Assembly: GCA_963695095.1 (NCBI GenBank)
Contig: CAVOFT010000001.1
Location: forward strand, 1,408,001-1,472,000
Length of the DNA stretch: 64,000 nucleotides
From: an uncultured bacterium
GTDB taxonomy: Bacteria > Krumholzibacteriota > Krumholzibacteriia > JACNKJ01
Reading direction: 5' to 3'
Position 1 is the first letter of the stretch. Each line of letters opens with the position of its first letter. Shown here piece by piece: positions 49,809 to 63,102 of this stretch. Position numbers and translations under genes: made by a program. Under the pieces are notes generated by a model, which ran no database searches, was not told the DNA's origin, and saw only the letters and a list, made by a program, of their open reading frames with translations.

Positions 49809-50842
49809 ACACCTGGCTGTTGATCTTCGCGCTGGCCACCCTGTCCTCGGCCTACTTCTCGGGCAGCGAGACGGCCGTGATCGCCGCCGGGCGCTTGCGC
49901 CACCGGGCAGATCGGGATCGGGGTCAGCGCCTCGCCGGTTTCGCCGATCGACTCTACCGCCACCCCGAGCGGACCCTGGCCGTGCTCCTCATCGGCACGA
50001 ACCTCAGCAACGTGCTCGCCTCCCTGGCTGGCCTATTCCTCACCGAGCGCTGGCTGGCCGCTGCCGGCGCGCATCTCGGTCCGCTCTGGAACGACCTGCT
50101 CTCCTCGCTCTGGGTGACAGCTCTCGTGCTCGTCTTCGGCGAGGTGCTGCCCAAGGGCATCGGCCATCACTACGCCTTCCGGATCTCCCGCCTGAGCGCG
50201 CCGCCCCTGTTGCTCTTCTCCATCCTGGCCCTGCCTCTCGTGCTGTGCCTGGACGGATTGATCTGGCTGCTGCGCCTCTTCCCCGGCCTCGGCGGGGGAA
50301 ACAGGGACGGAGTGTCCTGGGAGACCGTGCGCCAGCACGTCGAGGCGGGTCGGGCGGCCGGTGTCGTCGGGGCGGACCAGGAGCGCGCCATCGAGCAGAT
50401 CAGCCTGCTGGGCGAACTCGATGCCGCCCACCTGATGCGCCCCCTCAGCGCACTGACGCTCTTTCCGATCGACGGCGACGCCGAGGAACTCCGCCGGCTA
50501 CTCATCGCCAAGCACAGCTCGGCGGCCTTCCTCTACGAGGGTCGCCCCGGCCACCTGCTCGGCGTCCTGCCCGCTCGCCGGCTCCTGGGCGGCGACCTCT
50601 ATCCGACACTGCGCGCGCAGATGGAGCCGCTGCTGCAGGTAGACGGGGGCATCCCGGCCCTGGAGCTGCTGGATTCGCTGCAGCCTGCGGGCCACAGCCT
50701 GGCCCTCGTCACGGACGCCGCCGGCGAGGCCCGGGGGGTCGTCTACCTGGCGGACGTGTTGCGGGAACTCTTGCACCAGAAGGAGGCCGCCGGCTGGGGC
50801 GATCTTCCCGACCAGGGGGAGGCCTGTTTACCGGAATCTTGA
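49805..50842 (+). CDS. CNNM/DUF21-CBS protein, second paralog without a CorC domain
   Basis: SAYFSGSETA, LLIGTNL, FGEVLPK, MRPL, degenerate CBS pair; ATGA overlap with the previous gene. Confidence 0.85.
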   Translation: MNTWLLIFALATLSSAYFSGSETAVIAAGRLRHRADRDRGQRLAGFADRLYRHPERTLAVLLIGTNLSNVLASLAGLFLTERWLAAAGAHLGPLWNDLLSSLWVTALVLVFGEVLPKGIGHHYAFRISRLSAPPLLLFSILALPLVLCLDGLIWLLRLFPGLGGGNRDGVSWETVRQHVEAGRAAGVVGADQERAIEQISLLGELDAAHLMRPLSALTLFPIDGDAEELRRLLIAKHSSAAFLYEGRPGHLLGVLPARRLLGGDLYPTLRAQMEPLLQVDGGIPALELLDSLQPAGHSLALVTDAAGEARGVVYLADVLRELLHQKEAAGWGDLPDQGEACLPES

Positions 50843-50871
50843 GCCCTCTGATCTGGCATAGCGAATGAATC

Positions 50872-50900
50872 TTGACCTTAGAGCCACTTTTTCTTATTTT
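50872..50900 (+). promoter_or_regulatory. sigma70-type promoter for the XRE-XRE-DUF1844 operon
   Basis: TTGACC-N17-TATTTT in an AT-rich intergenic region; GAATCTTGA repeated at 50834 and 50867. Confidence 0.55.
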
Positions 50901-50944
50901 TTCGCCAACTCGCTGCTTTCATTCCAATGCTGTTAAGGAGCGAC

Positions 50945-51511
50945 ATGCAAGCCCTGGGCAAGGCGGAGATCGGCGAGCGCCTCAAGCGCTACCGCCTGGA
51001 GAAGAAGTTGACGCTCAAGGAGATCGAGGCCCTGAGCGGCGTATCGGCCACGCATATCTCCGAGATCGAGCGCGGCAAGTCCAGTCCGACGGTCGGCGCG
51101 CTCACGCGCATCGCCAAGGCGATGGGTACCGAGGCCGCCTTCTTCGTCGAAGCGGAGGAACTGCCCCAGATCAACCAGCTCAGCGCCGGCAATCGCCGCC
51201 GCTACCGCTTCATGGAGCCGCCGGTATCGATCGAGTCGCTGTCGGGCAGCGTGCCGCACTCGCGCATGTCGGTGATGCTGATGACCTGGGACAAGGGCGC
51301 CGTCTCGACGGGCGAAGTGAACCGCCACGAGGGCGAGGAGTTCATCCTCGTGCGCAAGGGAATTCTCGAAGTCTATGTCGAAGAAGGCCGCCACATCCTC
51401 AAGGAAGGCGACAGCCTCCACTATCACGCCGCGAGCCCGCACCGCATCGAGAACATCGGCGATGCCGCCTGCGAAGCGCTCGTGGTCACCGTGCCCAGCT
51501 TCAAGATCTAG
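50945..51511 (+). CDS. XRE-family HTH plus cupin transcriptional regulator (paralog 1)
   Basis: IGERLK.YR...LTL......GVSATHISEIERGKSSPT; cupin HEGEE...LKEGDS..Y....PH. Confidence 0.92.
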   Translation: MQALGKAEIGERLKRYRLEKKLTLKEIEALSGVSATHISEIERGKSSPTVGALTRIAKAMGTEAAFFVEAEELPQINQLSAGNRRRYRFMEPPVSIESLSGSVPHSRMSVMLMTWDKGAVSTGEVNRHEGEEFILVRKGILEVYVEEGRHILKEGDSLHYHAASPHRIENIGDAACEALVVTVPSFKI

Positions 51512-51522
51512 GAGGGGTGGCG

Positions 51523-52092
51523 ATGGAGATCCAGGAACTCGGTGGGCGCATCAAGCGGATCCGCAAGTCGAAGGGGATGACCCTCAAGGACATCGAGTCG
51601 CGCAGCCGCGTATCGGCCACGCACATCTCGGAGATCGAGCGGGGCAAGACGAGCCCCACGATCGGGGCGCTTTCGCGCATCGCCTCCGCGCTCGGCAAGG
51701 ATACGTCCTTCTTTCTCGAGACCCAGAATCTCGAGGACGTCAGCCACATCAAGTACGAGGAGCGGCAGAAGGAGGACTTCAAGTCCGCGTCCGGGTACTT
51801 CCAGCGGCTGACGCGCGGCATCCCCGGCGGCCGCCTGCAGGTCTATCGCCTGCATCTGGATGCGGGCGCCGAGCTGCGCTATGCCCAGGCCGGCCAGGAA
51901 GGCGAGGCGACCCTCGTGCTCGAGCAGGGCCGCCTCGAGTTCCGGGTGGACGAGGAGACCTACCAGATGAGCGCCGGCGACAGCATGCACTTCACGGAGA
52001 TCAACGTGCCGGCAATCCGCAACATCTCGACGCGGGACACGGCCGATCTGCTGTTGATCAGCATCCGCCGCCACAGCATCGACGGTTTCTAG
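51523..52092 (+). CDS. XRE-family HTH plus cupin transcriptional regulator (paralog 2)
   Basis: LGGRIK.IRK.KGMTL...VSATHISEIERGKTSPT; cupin QEGEA...MSAGDSMHF. Confidence 0.9.
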   Translation: MEIQELGGRIKRIRKSKGMTLKDIESRSRVSATHISEIERGKTSPTIGALSRIASALGKDTSFFLETQNLEDVSHIKYEERQKEDFKSASGYFQRLTRGIPGGRLQVYRLHLDAGAELRYAQAGQEGEATLVLEQGRLEFRVDEETYQMSAGDSMHFTEINVPAIRNISTRDTADLLLISIRRHSIDGF

Positions 52093-52100
52093 GAGGCGCC

Positions 52101-52425
52101 ATGGCCGCCGACGAGCGCGACATCCAGTTCCTCAGCCTTATCTTCAGCCTCCAAGCTGCGGCCCTGCAGCAGCTGGGCAAGCTGGTGCATCCGATGAGCG
52201 GGGAGGTCGAGCGCGACCTCGCCGCCGCCCGCCAGAGCATCGACCTGCTCGAGTGCCTGGCGCGCAAGACCCAGGGCAACTTGAGCCGCGAGGAAGCCCG
52301 CGCGCTGCAGGACATGCTCACCACCCTGCGCCTGAACTACGTGGACGAGTTGAAGAAGGGCGAGCCGGCTGCAGATCCCGGTGCGGACGAGGCCGCCCCG
52401 GCGGAGGGCGACGAGAGAGCATCCG

Positions 52426-52442
<17 letters not shown>
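52101..52442 (+). CDS. DUF1844 family protein
   Basis: F..LI.SL...ALQQLG...P..G....DL..AR..IDLL..L..KTQGNL..EE...L...L..LRLNYV. Confidence 0.88.
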
Positions 52443-53760
<1,318 letters not shown>

Positions 53761-53761
53761 G

Positions 53762-54706
53762 TCAGCGCCCGCTCCCCGCGAATCCGGCCGGACCGGGCTC
53801 GTCCTCCCGCTCGTCGGCTTTCACCGCCTGCCAGACGCGCTCCATGGTCGCCAGCGGCAGCTCGCCCAGGGGCTGACCAGCGCTCGCCAGCTGCCTTTCC
53901 ATGGCAGCGAAACGCCGGAGGAACTTCGCATTCGCGCCTTCGGCCACCGCCTCGGCGTCCAGGCCCAGCCAGCGCGCGAGATTGGCGAGCACGAAGAGGA
54001 CGTCGCCCAGCTCGTCCTGGACGCGGTCCAGGGCAGCCGCGTCCAGGGCCTGGCGATAGCGCGCCGAAGGCGCTCCGCCGCCCGCGGGCGGGGCCGCGGG
54101 CAGTTCCCTCAGCTCGCGGCGCAGTTCCTGGGTCTCTTCCTCGAGCTTGGCGAGCACGCCGTCCAGATCCGGCCAGTCGAAGCCGACGCCGGCCGCCCGC
54201 TCCTGGTAGCGATGGCTCCGGGCCAGGGCGCCCAGACTGCGGGGGAGGGGCTTGAGCAGGCCGCCGGGCTCGCCGCGCGCGGCGCGTTCCTCGCGTTTGA
54301 CGGCCTCCCAGACCCTGAGCTGGGCGGCGCTGTCGGCAGGAGGGGGCTGAGCCGATCCGGTCGGGTCACCGGCTGCAGCGGGGAATAGCTGAGGATGGCG
54401 TCGCCGCAACTTGGCGTCGATGGCGACCAGGGCCGCGGCGGCGGCTTCCGGCTCGGCGGCCGCAGCATCCCGCGTCAGCCGCTGCAGGGCGAACAGGAGC
54501 AGGTAGGCGAGGTCGCCGATCTCCTCGGCTTGGCCCACACTGTCATTCTGGTCGCAGGCCTCCAGCCACTCGTGGCCCTCCTCGATGAGATGGCGGGCGA
54601 GATCGGCGGGCTTCTGCTCAAGGTCCCAGGGACAACCATCGGGCGCGAGCAGGCGCTCGAGGGTGTTCCAGAGCTGCCGGAGCTCGCGATCGGGAAAGTT
54701 CGCCAT
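53762..54706 (-). CDS. mazG: nucleoside triphosphate pyrophosphohydrolase
   Basis: L.P.GCPWD.EQ, EE.HE, EEIGD, KL.RRHP, WE.VK..E, VGFDW, KL.EE..E, ELGD.LF, N.KF.RRF. Confidence 0.92.
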   Translation of the reverse strand: MANFPDRELRQLWNTLERLLAPDGCPWDLEQKPADLARHLIEEGHEWLEACDQNDSVGQAEEIGDLAYLLLFALQRLTRDAAAAEPEAAAAALVAIDAKLRRRHPQLFPAAAGDPTGSAQPPPADSAAQLRVWEAVKREERAARGEPGGLLKPLPRSLGALARSHRYQERAAGVGFDWPDLDGVLAKLEEETQELRRELRELPAAPPAGGGAPSARYRQALDAAALDRVQDELGDVLFVLANLARWLGLDAEAVAEGANAKFLRRFAAMERQLASAGQPLGELPLATMERVWQAVKADEREDEPGPAGFAGSGR

Positions 54707-54758
54707 GGCGGCCACCCTAGCACGGGGGCCGAGAGCGGACAAGCGGGGCCGATGGGCG

Positions 54759-54788
54759 TTGACGCCTCGCGCACGGGGCCGCTAAGCT
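54759..54788 (+). promoter_or_regulatory. sigma70-type promoter for uvrA
   Basis: TTGACG-N18-TAAGCT. Confidence 0.5.
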
Positions 54789-54819
54789 GATCGATCACTC
54801 CGAAGGAAAGTTCGCGCGC

Positions 54820-57593
<2,774 letters not shown>

Positions 57594-57597
<4 letters not shown>

Positions 57598-58559
57598 GAA
57601 TCCTGGTCACCGGCGGCGCCGGCTACATCGGGGGCGCCTTCCTGCGCGCGGCCCTGGCGGCGGGCCACCAGCTGCAGGTGATCGACAACCTCAGCACCGG
57701 CCATGCGGACAGCCTGCCGCCGGGGCTGCCCTTCACGCAGGCCGATCTGCGCGAGCGGCGCTGGCTGGATTCCTTGCTGGCCGGGAGCGAGGCCGTCGTT
57801 CACTTCGCGGCCCGCAGCCTGGTCGCCGAGTCGATGGCCGATCCGGTCGGCTACTATCGCGACAACCTCGGCGCCTTCCTGGCGCTGCTCGCCGGCATGG
57901 AGAGCTGCGGCCCGCGCCTGCTCGTCGTCTCCTCCTCGGCGGCCGTCTATGGCCTCGGCGAGGGCCGGCCCTTCCGCGAGGAGGATCCCTGCCGGCCGGT
58001 GAATCCCTACGGCGGCACCAAGCTGGCAATGGAACAGGTGCTCGCCCACGCCGCGCCGCGCCTGGGCATCGCCTACTTCTGCCTGCGCTACTTCAATGCG
58101 GCGGGTGCCCTGGCCGACCACGGCGAGCGCCACGAACCGGAGACCCACCTGATCCCCTTGGTCCTGGCCGCCGCGGCGGGGGGCGCGCCGCTGACCCTCT
58201 TCGGCGAGGACTACCCGACGCCCGACGGCACTTGCATCCGCGACTATGTCCACGTGGCCGACCTCGCCGAGGCCCACCTGGCGGCCCTTGACGTGCTGGC
58301 CGGCGGCCATGCGGCCGGCGGACCGCTCAATCTCGGCACGGGCCGTGGCCATTCGGTGAAGGAGGTGCTGGCCAGCGCGGAGCGGGTGACGGGCAGACGT
58401 CCGCGGCTGGAGCGCGGCGCCCGCCGCCCGGGAGATCCGGCGCGCCTGGTGGCCGGGGTCGAGCGGGCCCGCGCGCTGCTCGGCTGGACGGCCCGGCAGC
58501 CCGAACTCGACGCGATCGTGGCCTCGGCCTGGGCCTGGATGGAGTCCCGGAACCCTTGA
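57594..58559 (+). CDS. galE: UDP-glucose 4-epimerase
   Basis: VTGGAGYIG, HFAA.S.V.ES, NPYG.TK, LRYFNAAGA, PETHLIP, DYPTPDGTCIRDYVHV. Confidence 0.93.
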
Positions 58560-58609
58560 AACCGGTGCAGTTGACAGGGCCCGGCGACTGTGCTTTTTTA
58601 GGCCGCGCC

Positions 58610-58682
<73 letters not shown>

Positions 58683-58752
58683 CCCAAGCTGCCGAGCCGG
58701 CTCCCACCAGGGCCGGCTCGCGCTGCTTCTTGTCCCAGCCCCCGCGCGGGGA

Positions 58753-58813
58753 TTGACAAACTCCCTGATTTGCGCTAAGTTTGGGGTTATCAGACTTTTA
58801 ACTCTGAATAACC
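58753..58813 (+). promoter_or_regulatory. promoter plus inverted-repeat operator upstream of the Rrf2 gene
   Basis: TTGACA-N17-TAAGTT (58753-58781), then GGTTAT-CAGA-cttttaac-TCTG-a-ATAACC (58785-58813). Confidence 0.65.
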
Positions 58814-58828
58814 TACCTGGGGGCTCCC

Positions 58829-59278
58829 ATGATTCTCTCGAGGGCGAGCGAGTACGCGATTCGGGCGATGGTGTACATGGCGGGGCGTGAGGAAAACGGA
58901 CCCGTTCAGCTCAAAGAGATCGCCGAGTCCGAGAACATTCCCTTCCATTTCCTGGCCAAGACGATGCAGGTGCTGACGCGCATTCGGCTCGTCAAGTCCT
59001 TCCGCGGCCCGCATGGCGGTTTCATGCTGATGAAGCCGGCCGGCGATATCTACCTCTATGAAATCGTCAACGCCTTCGATGCCATCAACCAGTGGGACAC
59101 GACCTGCGTGCTCGGCATCAATCCCTGCTCCGACGATGTGATCTGCCCTCTCCACGATGACTGGAAGCCCATCAAGGAGGGCATCTACGATCTATTCAAG
59201 ACCCGCAACCTCGAGAGCCTCGTGGGCAGGCTCGAGGAGAAGCGGCAGAAGCTCCGCGAGTTGGGTCTGACGGGCTGA
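58829..59278 (+). CDS. Rrf2 family transcriptional regulator with 3 Cys (Fe-S candidate)
   Basis: EYAIRAM.Y.A, IP..FLAK, S.RGP.GGF.L, CVLG...C.....CPLH. Confidence 0.93.
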   Translation: MILSRASEYAIRAMVYMAGREENGPVQLKEIAESENIPFHFLAKTMQVLTRIRLVKSFRGPHGGFMLMKPAGDIYLYEIVNAFDAINQWDTTCVLGINPCSDDVICPLHDDWKPIKEGIYDLFKTRNLESLVGRLEEKRQKLRELGLTG

Positions 59279-59298
59279 CGGGCGGTGGCTCGCGATTC

Positions 59299-59330
59299 GG
59301 GCGGCTTCCTCAAGCGGGAGCCGCCCCTTT
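59299..59330 (+). terminator. intrinsic terminator between convergent genes
   Basis: GGGCGGCTTCC-tcaagc-GGGAGCCGCCC followed by CTTT. Confidence 0.7.
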
Positions 59331-59351
59331 CCTTGCGCCCGGCTGCTGCGC

Positions 59352-59930
59352 CTAGAAGAGCGATTCCCTCGCTTCGATGCGCAAATCCAGCCCGGTGACC
59401 AGGGCCTCGCCGTCGATGGCCCCGGTCCCGCCTCGATGCTCCAGTGCGAAACGCAGGCCGACATACACGGTCTCATGCTCCCTGAAGAGGGGCAGAAAGT
59501 CGCCGGCCGCGAAGCGTTCTTCGAGGAAGTCGATGTTGCCTCCCCTCAACTCCCCGCTCAGGACGGCCAGGCGGTGTTCGGCATCCCAGAAGTGAAGGGG
59601 ATCGTCGTCGGCGGCGACGAAGACCTCGAGCTGAACGCCCATCGTGATCTCGCCGAGCACAGCGCGGTTGTCGAGTCGGATCTGGAGGTCGGCCGTCATC
59701 CCCTCCAGGGTGGCGACGTCCCGCAGCCCAGCTGGGGTCTCGACGCTCTCGATGGGCGAGGTCGCCGTGTGGAGGCCGGCGGGCAGCACGAGGTAGGCGA
59801 AGCGCCGGTCCTCTTCCGCAATGAAGCTGTCCAGATCCACGTTGATGATCGCGCGGTTGTCCCCGCAGGCGAGCGGGAGCAGCAACCCGAGGGCGGCGAG
59901 AGTGCGGCGCGCGGCGCTGAGGGTCGGCAT
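59352..59930 (-). CDS. hypothetical lipoprotein (beta-rich)
   Basis: GGAGG RBS; lipobox LPLAC; 192 aa. Confidence 0.72.
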   Translation of the reverse strand: MPTLSAARRTLAALGLLLPLACGDNRAIINVDLDSFIAEEDRRFAYLVLPAGLHTATSPIESVETPAGLRDVATLEGMTADLQIRLDNRAVLGEITMGVQLEVFVAADDDPLHFWDAEHRLAVLSGELRGGNIDFLEERFAAGDFLPLFREHETVYVGLRFALEHRGGTGAIDGEALVTGLDLRIEARESLF

Positions 59931-59938
59931 GCTTCCTC

Positions 59939-61285
59939 CTAGAGGGAATGGCTGAGGCTGAGCCCGAGGGCGAGCCCGCGTTCGTCCTGGATAAAGCGGC
60001 CATGCGTCTCCAGGGCCAGATCGAGGCAGAGGCCGCCGAAGCAGCGACCGCCGCCGATCGCCGCCTGCCAATCGCCGCCGGCATCGCGCTGGCTGCCGGC
60101 TCGCAGGGCCCAGAGGCCGAGCCGGCGCTCGCCGCCGATGTGGACGCTGTCTCCCCAGGGCCGCAGGCGCCATTCGGCGCGCCAGAGCCAGGGGCCGGCG
60201 GCATAGCCGCCGTGGCAGGTCCACAGCGGGTCGAGGACATAGCGGTAGCTCTCGCCCTCGGCCAGCACCCGCCTGACGGTGCCGCCATTCCCGTCTGCGC
60301 CGTCCTCCAGTCGCTGCTCCTCGAGCCGGGTGTCGGGGAAGCGGATGCTGCCCGCGAGATCGCGCACGCCGATCCCGAGATCCCATGGCCCGCGTTGCAG
60401 GACGAGCCCGAGGTCGAGGGCAAAGCCGAGGCCGAGGCCGGCGCCGCTGCGCGTGAGGCTGCGCTGCTCGACCTCTAGCTCCTTGGAGGCGAAGAGGGAG
60501 TCACCGCTGGCCAGCGCGACGTCTAGTTCGCCGGCGGCCATGGCGAAGCCGGTGAGCAGCTTGGGCCGCAGGCCCCAGGAGAGTGCGGGAGCGCCGGCCG
60601 TCCCGCCGCGCCGCCCGCCCAGGCGGACGCTGAAGGCAAGGCCCGCCGCCGCCGCACCCTCGCCGGTCAGGGTGTAGCGCGCGTTGGGCGCGAGCGAGTC
60701 GCCTGCTGCGAGCAGACCGTAGAGGGCCTCGTCCACGGCGGTCTCGAGGCGCAGGTCGACGAAGGGATTCACCTGGGCGCGCCAGTGTGCGCGCGCGCCG
60801 AGCGGGCCGCCGAGCCCGAAGCCGAACCGGTCGCTGCGCCCGCCGAGGGCGACCGGCTCACGGGGCACGACGAGGTGCGCATCCTCCCAGAAGACGCGCA
60901 GGTTCTCTTGCCCGAGATCGATCACGAGATCGCCGTCCAAGGGGTCGGGCCGGCGCAACTCCACGTGCAGCGGAGGATTGGCGACCAGGTTGGCGAGGCG
61001 CAGGGGGTCGAAGTCCGGCGAGTCGGGATCGAAGCTGGGCCAGTCGGCGGCCAGGGGAAGCAGGCCGAGTGGCAGGGGCAGGCTGCCTGGCCAGGCCGGG
61101 CCCGGCGCTGCCGCGGCGTAGGCGGGGTTGTCGGCGGCGAGATCGCCCGGCCGCGGCGCCCGCACGCCGCCCATCGCCATCCGGCGCGCATCCATCAGCA
61201 GTCCCTGGGCCGGCGCAGCCGGCGCCAGCAGCAGCGCGGCGAGCCCGGCGAGCGCCATTCTGCACGAGCGGGTGGGTCGCAGCAT
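59939..61285 (-). CDS. putative outer-membrane beta-barrel protein
   Basis: AAGGAGG RBS; signal peptide; DAR.MAMGG...NPA plug-like start; G.GFALDLG, amphipathic strands; ends LALGLSLSHSL. Confidence 0.7.
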   Translation of the reverse strand: MLRPTRSCRMALAGLAALLLAPAAPAQGLLMDARRMAMGGVRAPRPGDLAADNPAYAAAAPGPAWPGSLPLPLGLLPLAADWPSFDPDSPDFDPLRLANLVANPPLHVELRRPDPLDGDLVIDLGQENLRVFWEDAHLVVPREPVALGGRSDRFGFGLGGPLGARAHWRAQVNPFVDLRLETAVDEALYGLLAAGDSLAPNARYTLTGEGAAAAGLAFSVRLGGRRGGTAGAPALSWGLRPKLLTGFAMAAGELDVALASGDSLFASKELEVEQRSLTRSGAGLGLGFALDLGLVLQRGPWDLGIGVRDLAGSIRFPDTRLEEQRLEDGADGNGGTVRRVLAEGESYRYVLDPLWTCHGGYAAGPWLWRAEWRLRPWGDSVHIGGERRLGLWALRAGSQRDAGGDWQAAIGGGRCFGGLCLDLALETHGRFIQDERGLALGLSLSHSL

Positions 61286-61451
61286 GCAAGGGCCTCCTTG
61301 GCGAGAGCTTCCTCGGCGCGGCTGGGGATTACCGTTCCCGGCACCCTGCGTTGCCGCGCCCGGTCGCCGTCGACGCCCCCGCAAGAAGGCCGCCCAGGGC
61401 TTGACTTCGCGCATTTCGAATCGCAGTATACGCCCTCTTGGGAGCGAAACT

Positions 61452-61524
61452 GCTGGCGTAGCTCAGTTGGTAGAGCAGCGCACTCGTAATGCGCAGGTCC
61501 GCGGTTCGAATCCGCGCGCCAGCT
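61452..61524 (+). tRNA. tRNA-Thr (CGT)
   Basis: Acceptor GCTGGCG/CGCCAGC, anticodon arm GCGCA-CTCGTAA-TGCGC, T arm CGCGG-TTCGAAT-CCGCG; TTGACT at 61401; CCA not encoded. Confidence 0.97.
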
Positions 61525-61629
61525 CCCGCATTCGCTCGCCGTGTACTGCGGGCCGTCCGCCGGGGGCCGTCCTTGCCATCGTCCGTTCGCTGCGCCCCGC
61601 GCGGCGACCCCAACCCGGGGAGGCTACGC

Positions 61630-63012
61630 GTGCCCGATAGCCAGCTCATGGTCAGCGTTTCGGGAATCCGCGGCATCGTCGGCAGCTCTCTCCATCCGGA
61701 AGCCATCCTCCGCTACAGTGCCGCCTACGCGACCTGGTGCCGCCGCCGCGGCGCGCCCATCGGCGCGCCCGTCGTCGTGGGGCGGGACGGCCGACCCAGC
61801 GGGCGCATGGTGCTGGACCTGGTCAAGGGCGTCCTGAGCGCGGCCGGGCTAGAGACCGTCGATCTGGGCGTCGCCACCACCCCCGGCACGGCGATGGCGG
61901 TGAGCGCCCAAGGCGCGGTGGGCGGCATCGTCATCACCGCGAGCCACAATCCGGCCCCCTGGAACGCGCTGAAGTTCCTGGACGCGGCGGGCGACTTCCT
62001 CGCGCCCGCCCTGGGCCTGGAAGTGCTGGCCATCGAGGCGGCGGGGGATTTCCACTGGGAGGGTCACGAGGGGCTCGGCGGCTTCCGCCGCTGGACCGCA
62101 GCGGCCCGCCACCATGTGGACGCCATCCTCGCCTTGCCCGGCGTGGATGCCGCGGCCATCGCCGCGCGCGGCTTCACGGCAGCCGTGGACGCCGTCAATG
62201 CCTCCGGCAGCGCCGCGATGCCGATGCTGCTCGAAGCGCTGGGCGTGCGCTGCCTGCCGATCTTCTGCGATGGCAGCGGCAACTTCCCGCACAATCCCGA
62301 GCCGACGCCCGCCCATCTGGGAGCGCTGGCGGCTGCGGTGCGCGCAGGCAAGGCGGACCTCGGCCTGGCGGTGGACCCGGACAGCGATCGCCTCGTGCTC
62401 GTGGACGAGAGCGGCCGCGTCCTCTCGGAGGAGTACACCCTGGCCCTGGCCGCGGACTACTGGCTCGGCCGCGAGCCCGGCCCGGTGGCGGCCAATCTCA
62501 GCACCAGCCGCATGATCGATGATGTGGCCGCCCGCCACGGACAGCCTTGCCACCGCAGCCCGGTGGGCGAGGCGCACGTGGTCGCCGCGATGCGGGCGCA
62601 GGGCGCGGTGATCGGCGGCGAGGGCAACGGCGGCGTCATCTTGCCGGCGCTGCACGCCGGCCGCGATGGGCTCGTGGGCAGCGCCCTCATCCTCGCCGCC
62701 ATGGCCGCGCAGGGCCGGCCGCTGTCGACCCTGGCCGCGGCGTTGCCGGCCTATCACATGGAGAAGCGGCGCCTGGAACTGGCCGCCAAGGGCGATCCCG
62801 CCGCAGTGGCCGCGCTGGCCCGGCAGCACTTCGCCGGCGCCGATCTCGACACCCGCGACGGGGTGAAGGCCAGCTACCCCGAGGGCTGGATCCACGTCCG
62901 CCCCTCGAATACGGAGGCCATCCTGCGTCTGATCGGCGAAGCCGCCGATGCCGATTGGCTGGCGGCCCGGCTGGATGCCGCTGAAGCCCACTTCAGGACG
63001 GCCTTGGCCTGA
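61630..63012 (+). CDS. glmM: phosphoglucosamine mutase (alpha-D-phosphohexomutase family)
   Basis: SVSGIRG, GRDGRPSG, ITASHNP, DPDSDR, GGEGNGG, RPSNTE; directly upstream of glmS. Confidence 0.85.
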   Translation: MPDSQLMVSVSGIRGIVGSSLHPEAILRYSAAYATWCRRRGAPIGAPVVVGRDGRPSGRMVLDLVKGVLSAAGLETVDLGVATTPGTAMAVSAQGAVGGIVITASHNPAPWNALKFLDAAGDFLAPALGLEVLAIEAAGDFHWEGHEGLGGFRRWTAAARHHVDAILALPGVDAAAIAARGFTAAVDAVNASGSAAMPMLLEALGVRCLPIFCDGSGNFPHNPEPTPAHLGALAAAVRAGKADLGLAVDPDSDRLVLVDESGRVLSEEYTLALAADYWLGREPGPVAANLSTSRMIDDVAARHGQPCHRSPVGEAHVVAAMRAQGAVIGGEGNGGVILPALHAGRDGLVGSALILAAMAAQGRPLSTLAAALPAYHMEKRRLELAAKGDPAAVAALARQHFAGADLDTRDGVKASYPEGWIHVRPSNTEAILRLIGEAADADWLAARLDAAEAHFRTALA

Positions 63013-63102
63013 ACCCGGAGCGCCGGGATTTCTATTGAGGCTGCGCGAGAGAGGACCGATACTCAGGCGCAGCGTGACATCCCCTAGCGACGAGGCGAGA
63101 TC

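Noticed and set aside
50853..50870. sigma54 promoter (TGGCAT-N5-ATGA); similar near-match at 38-55
   Set aside because: The -12 GC is missing at 50853, and the GG-to-GC spacing is 11 rather than 10 at 38-55.
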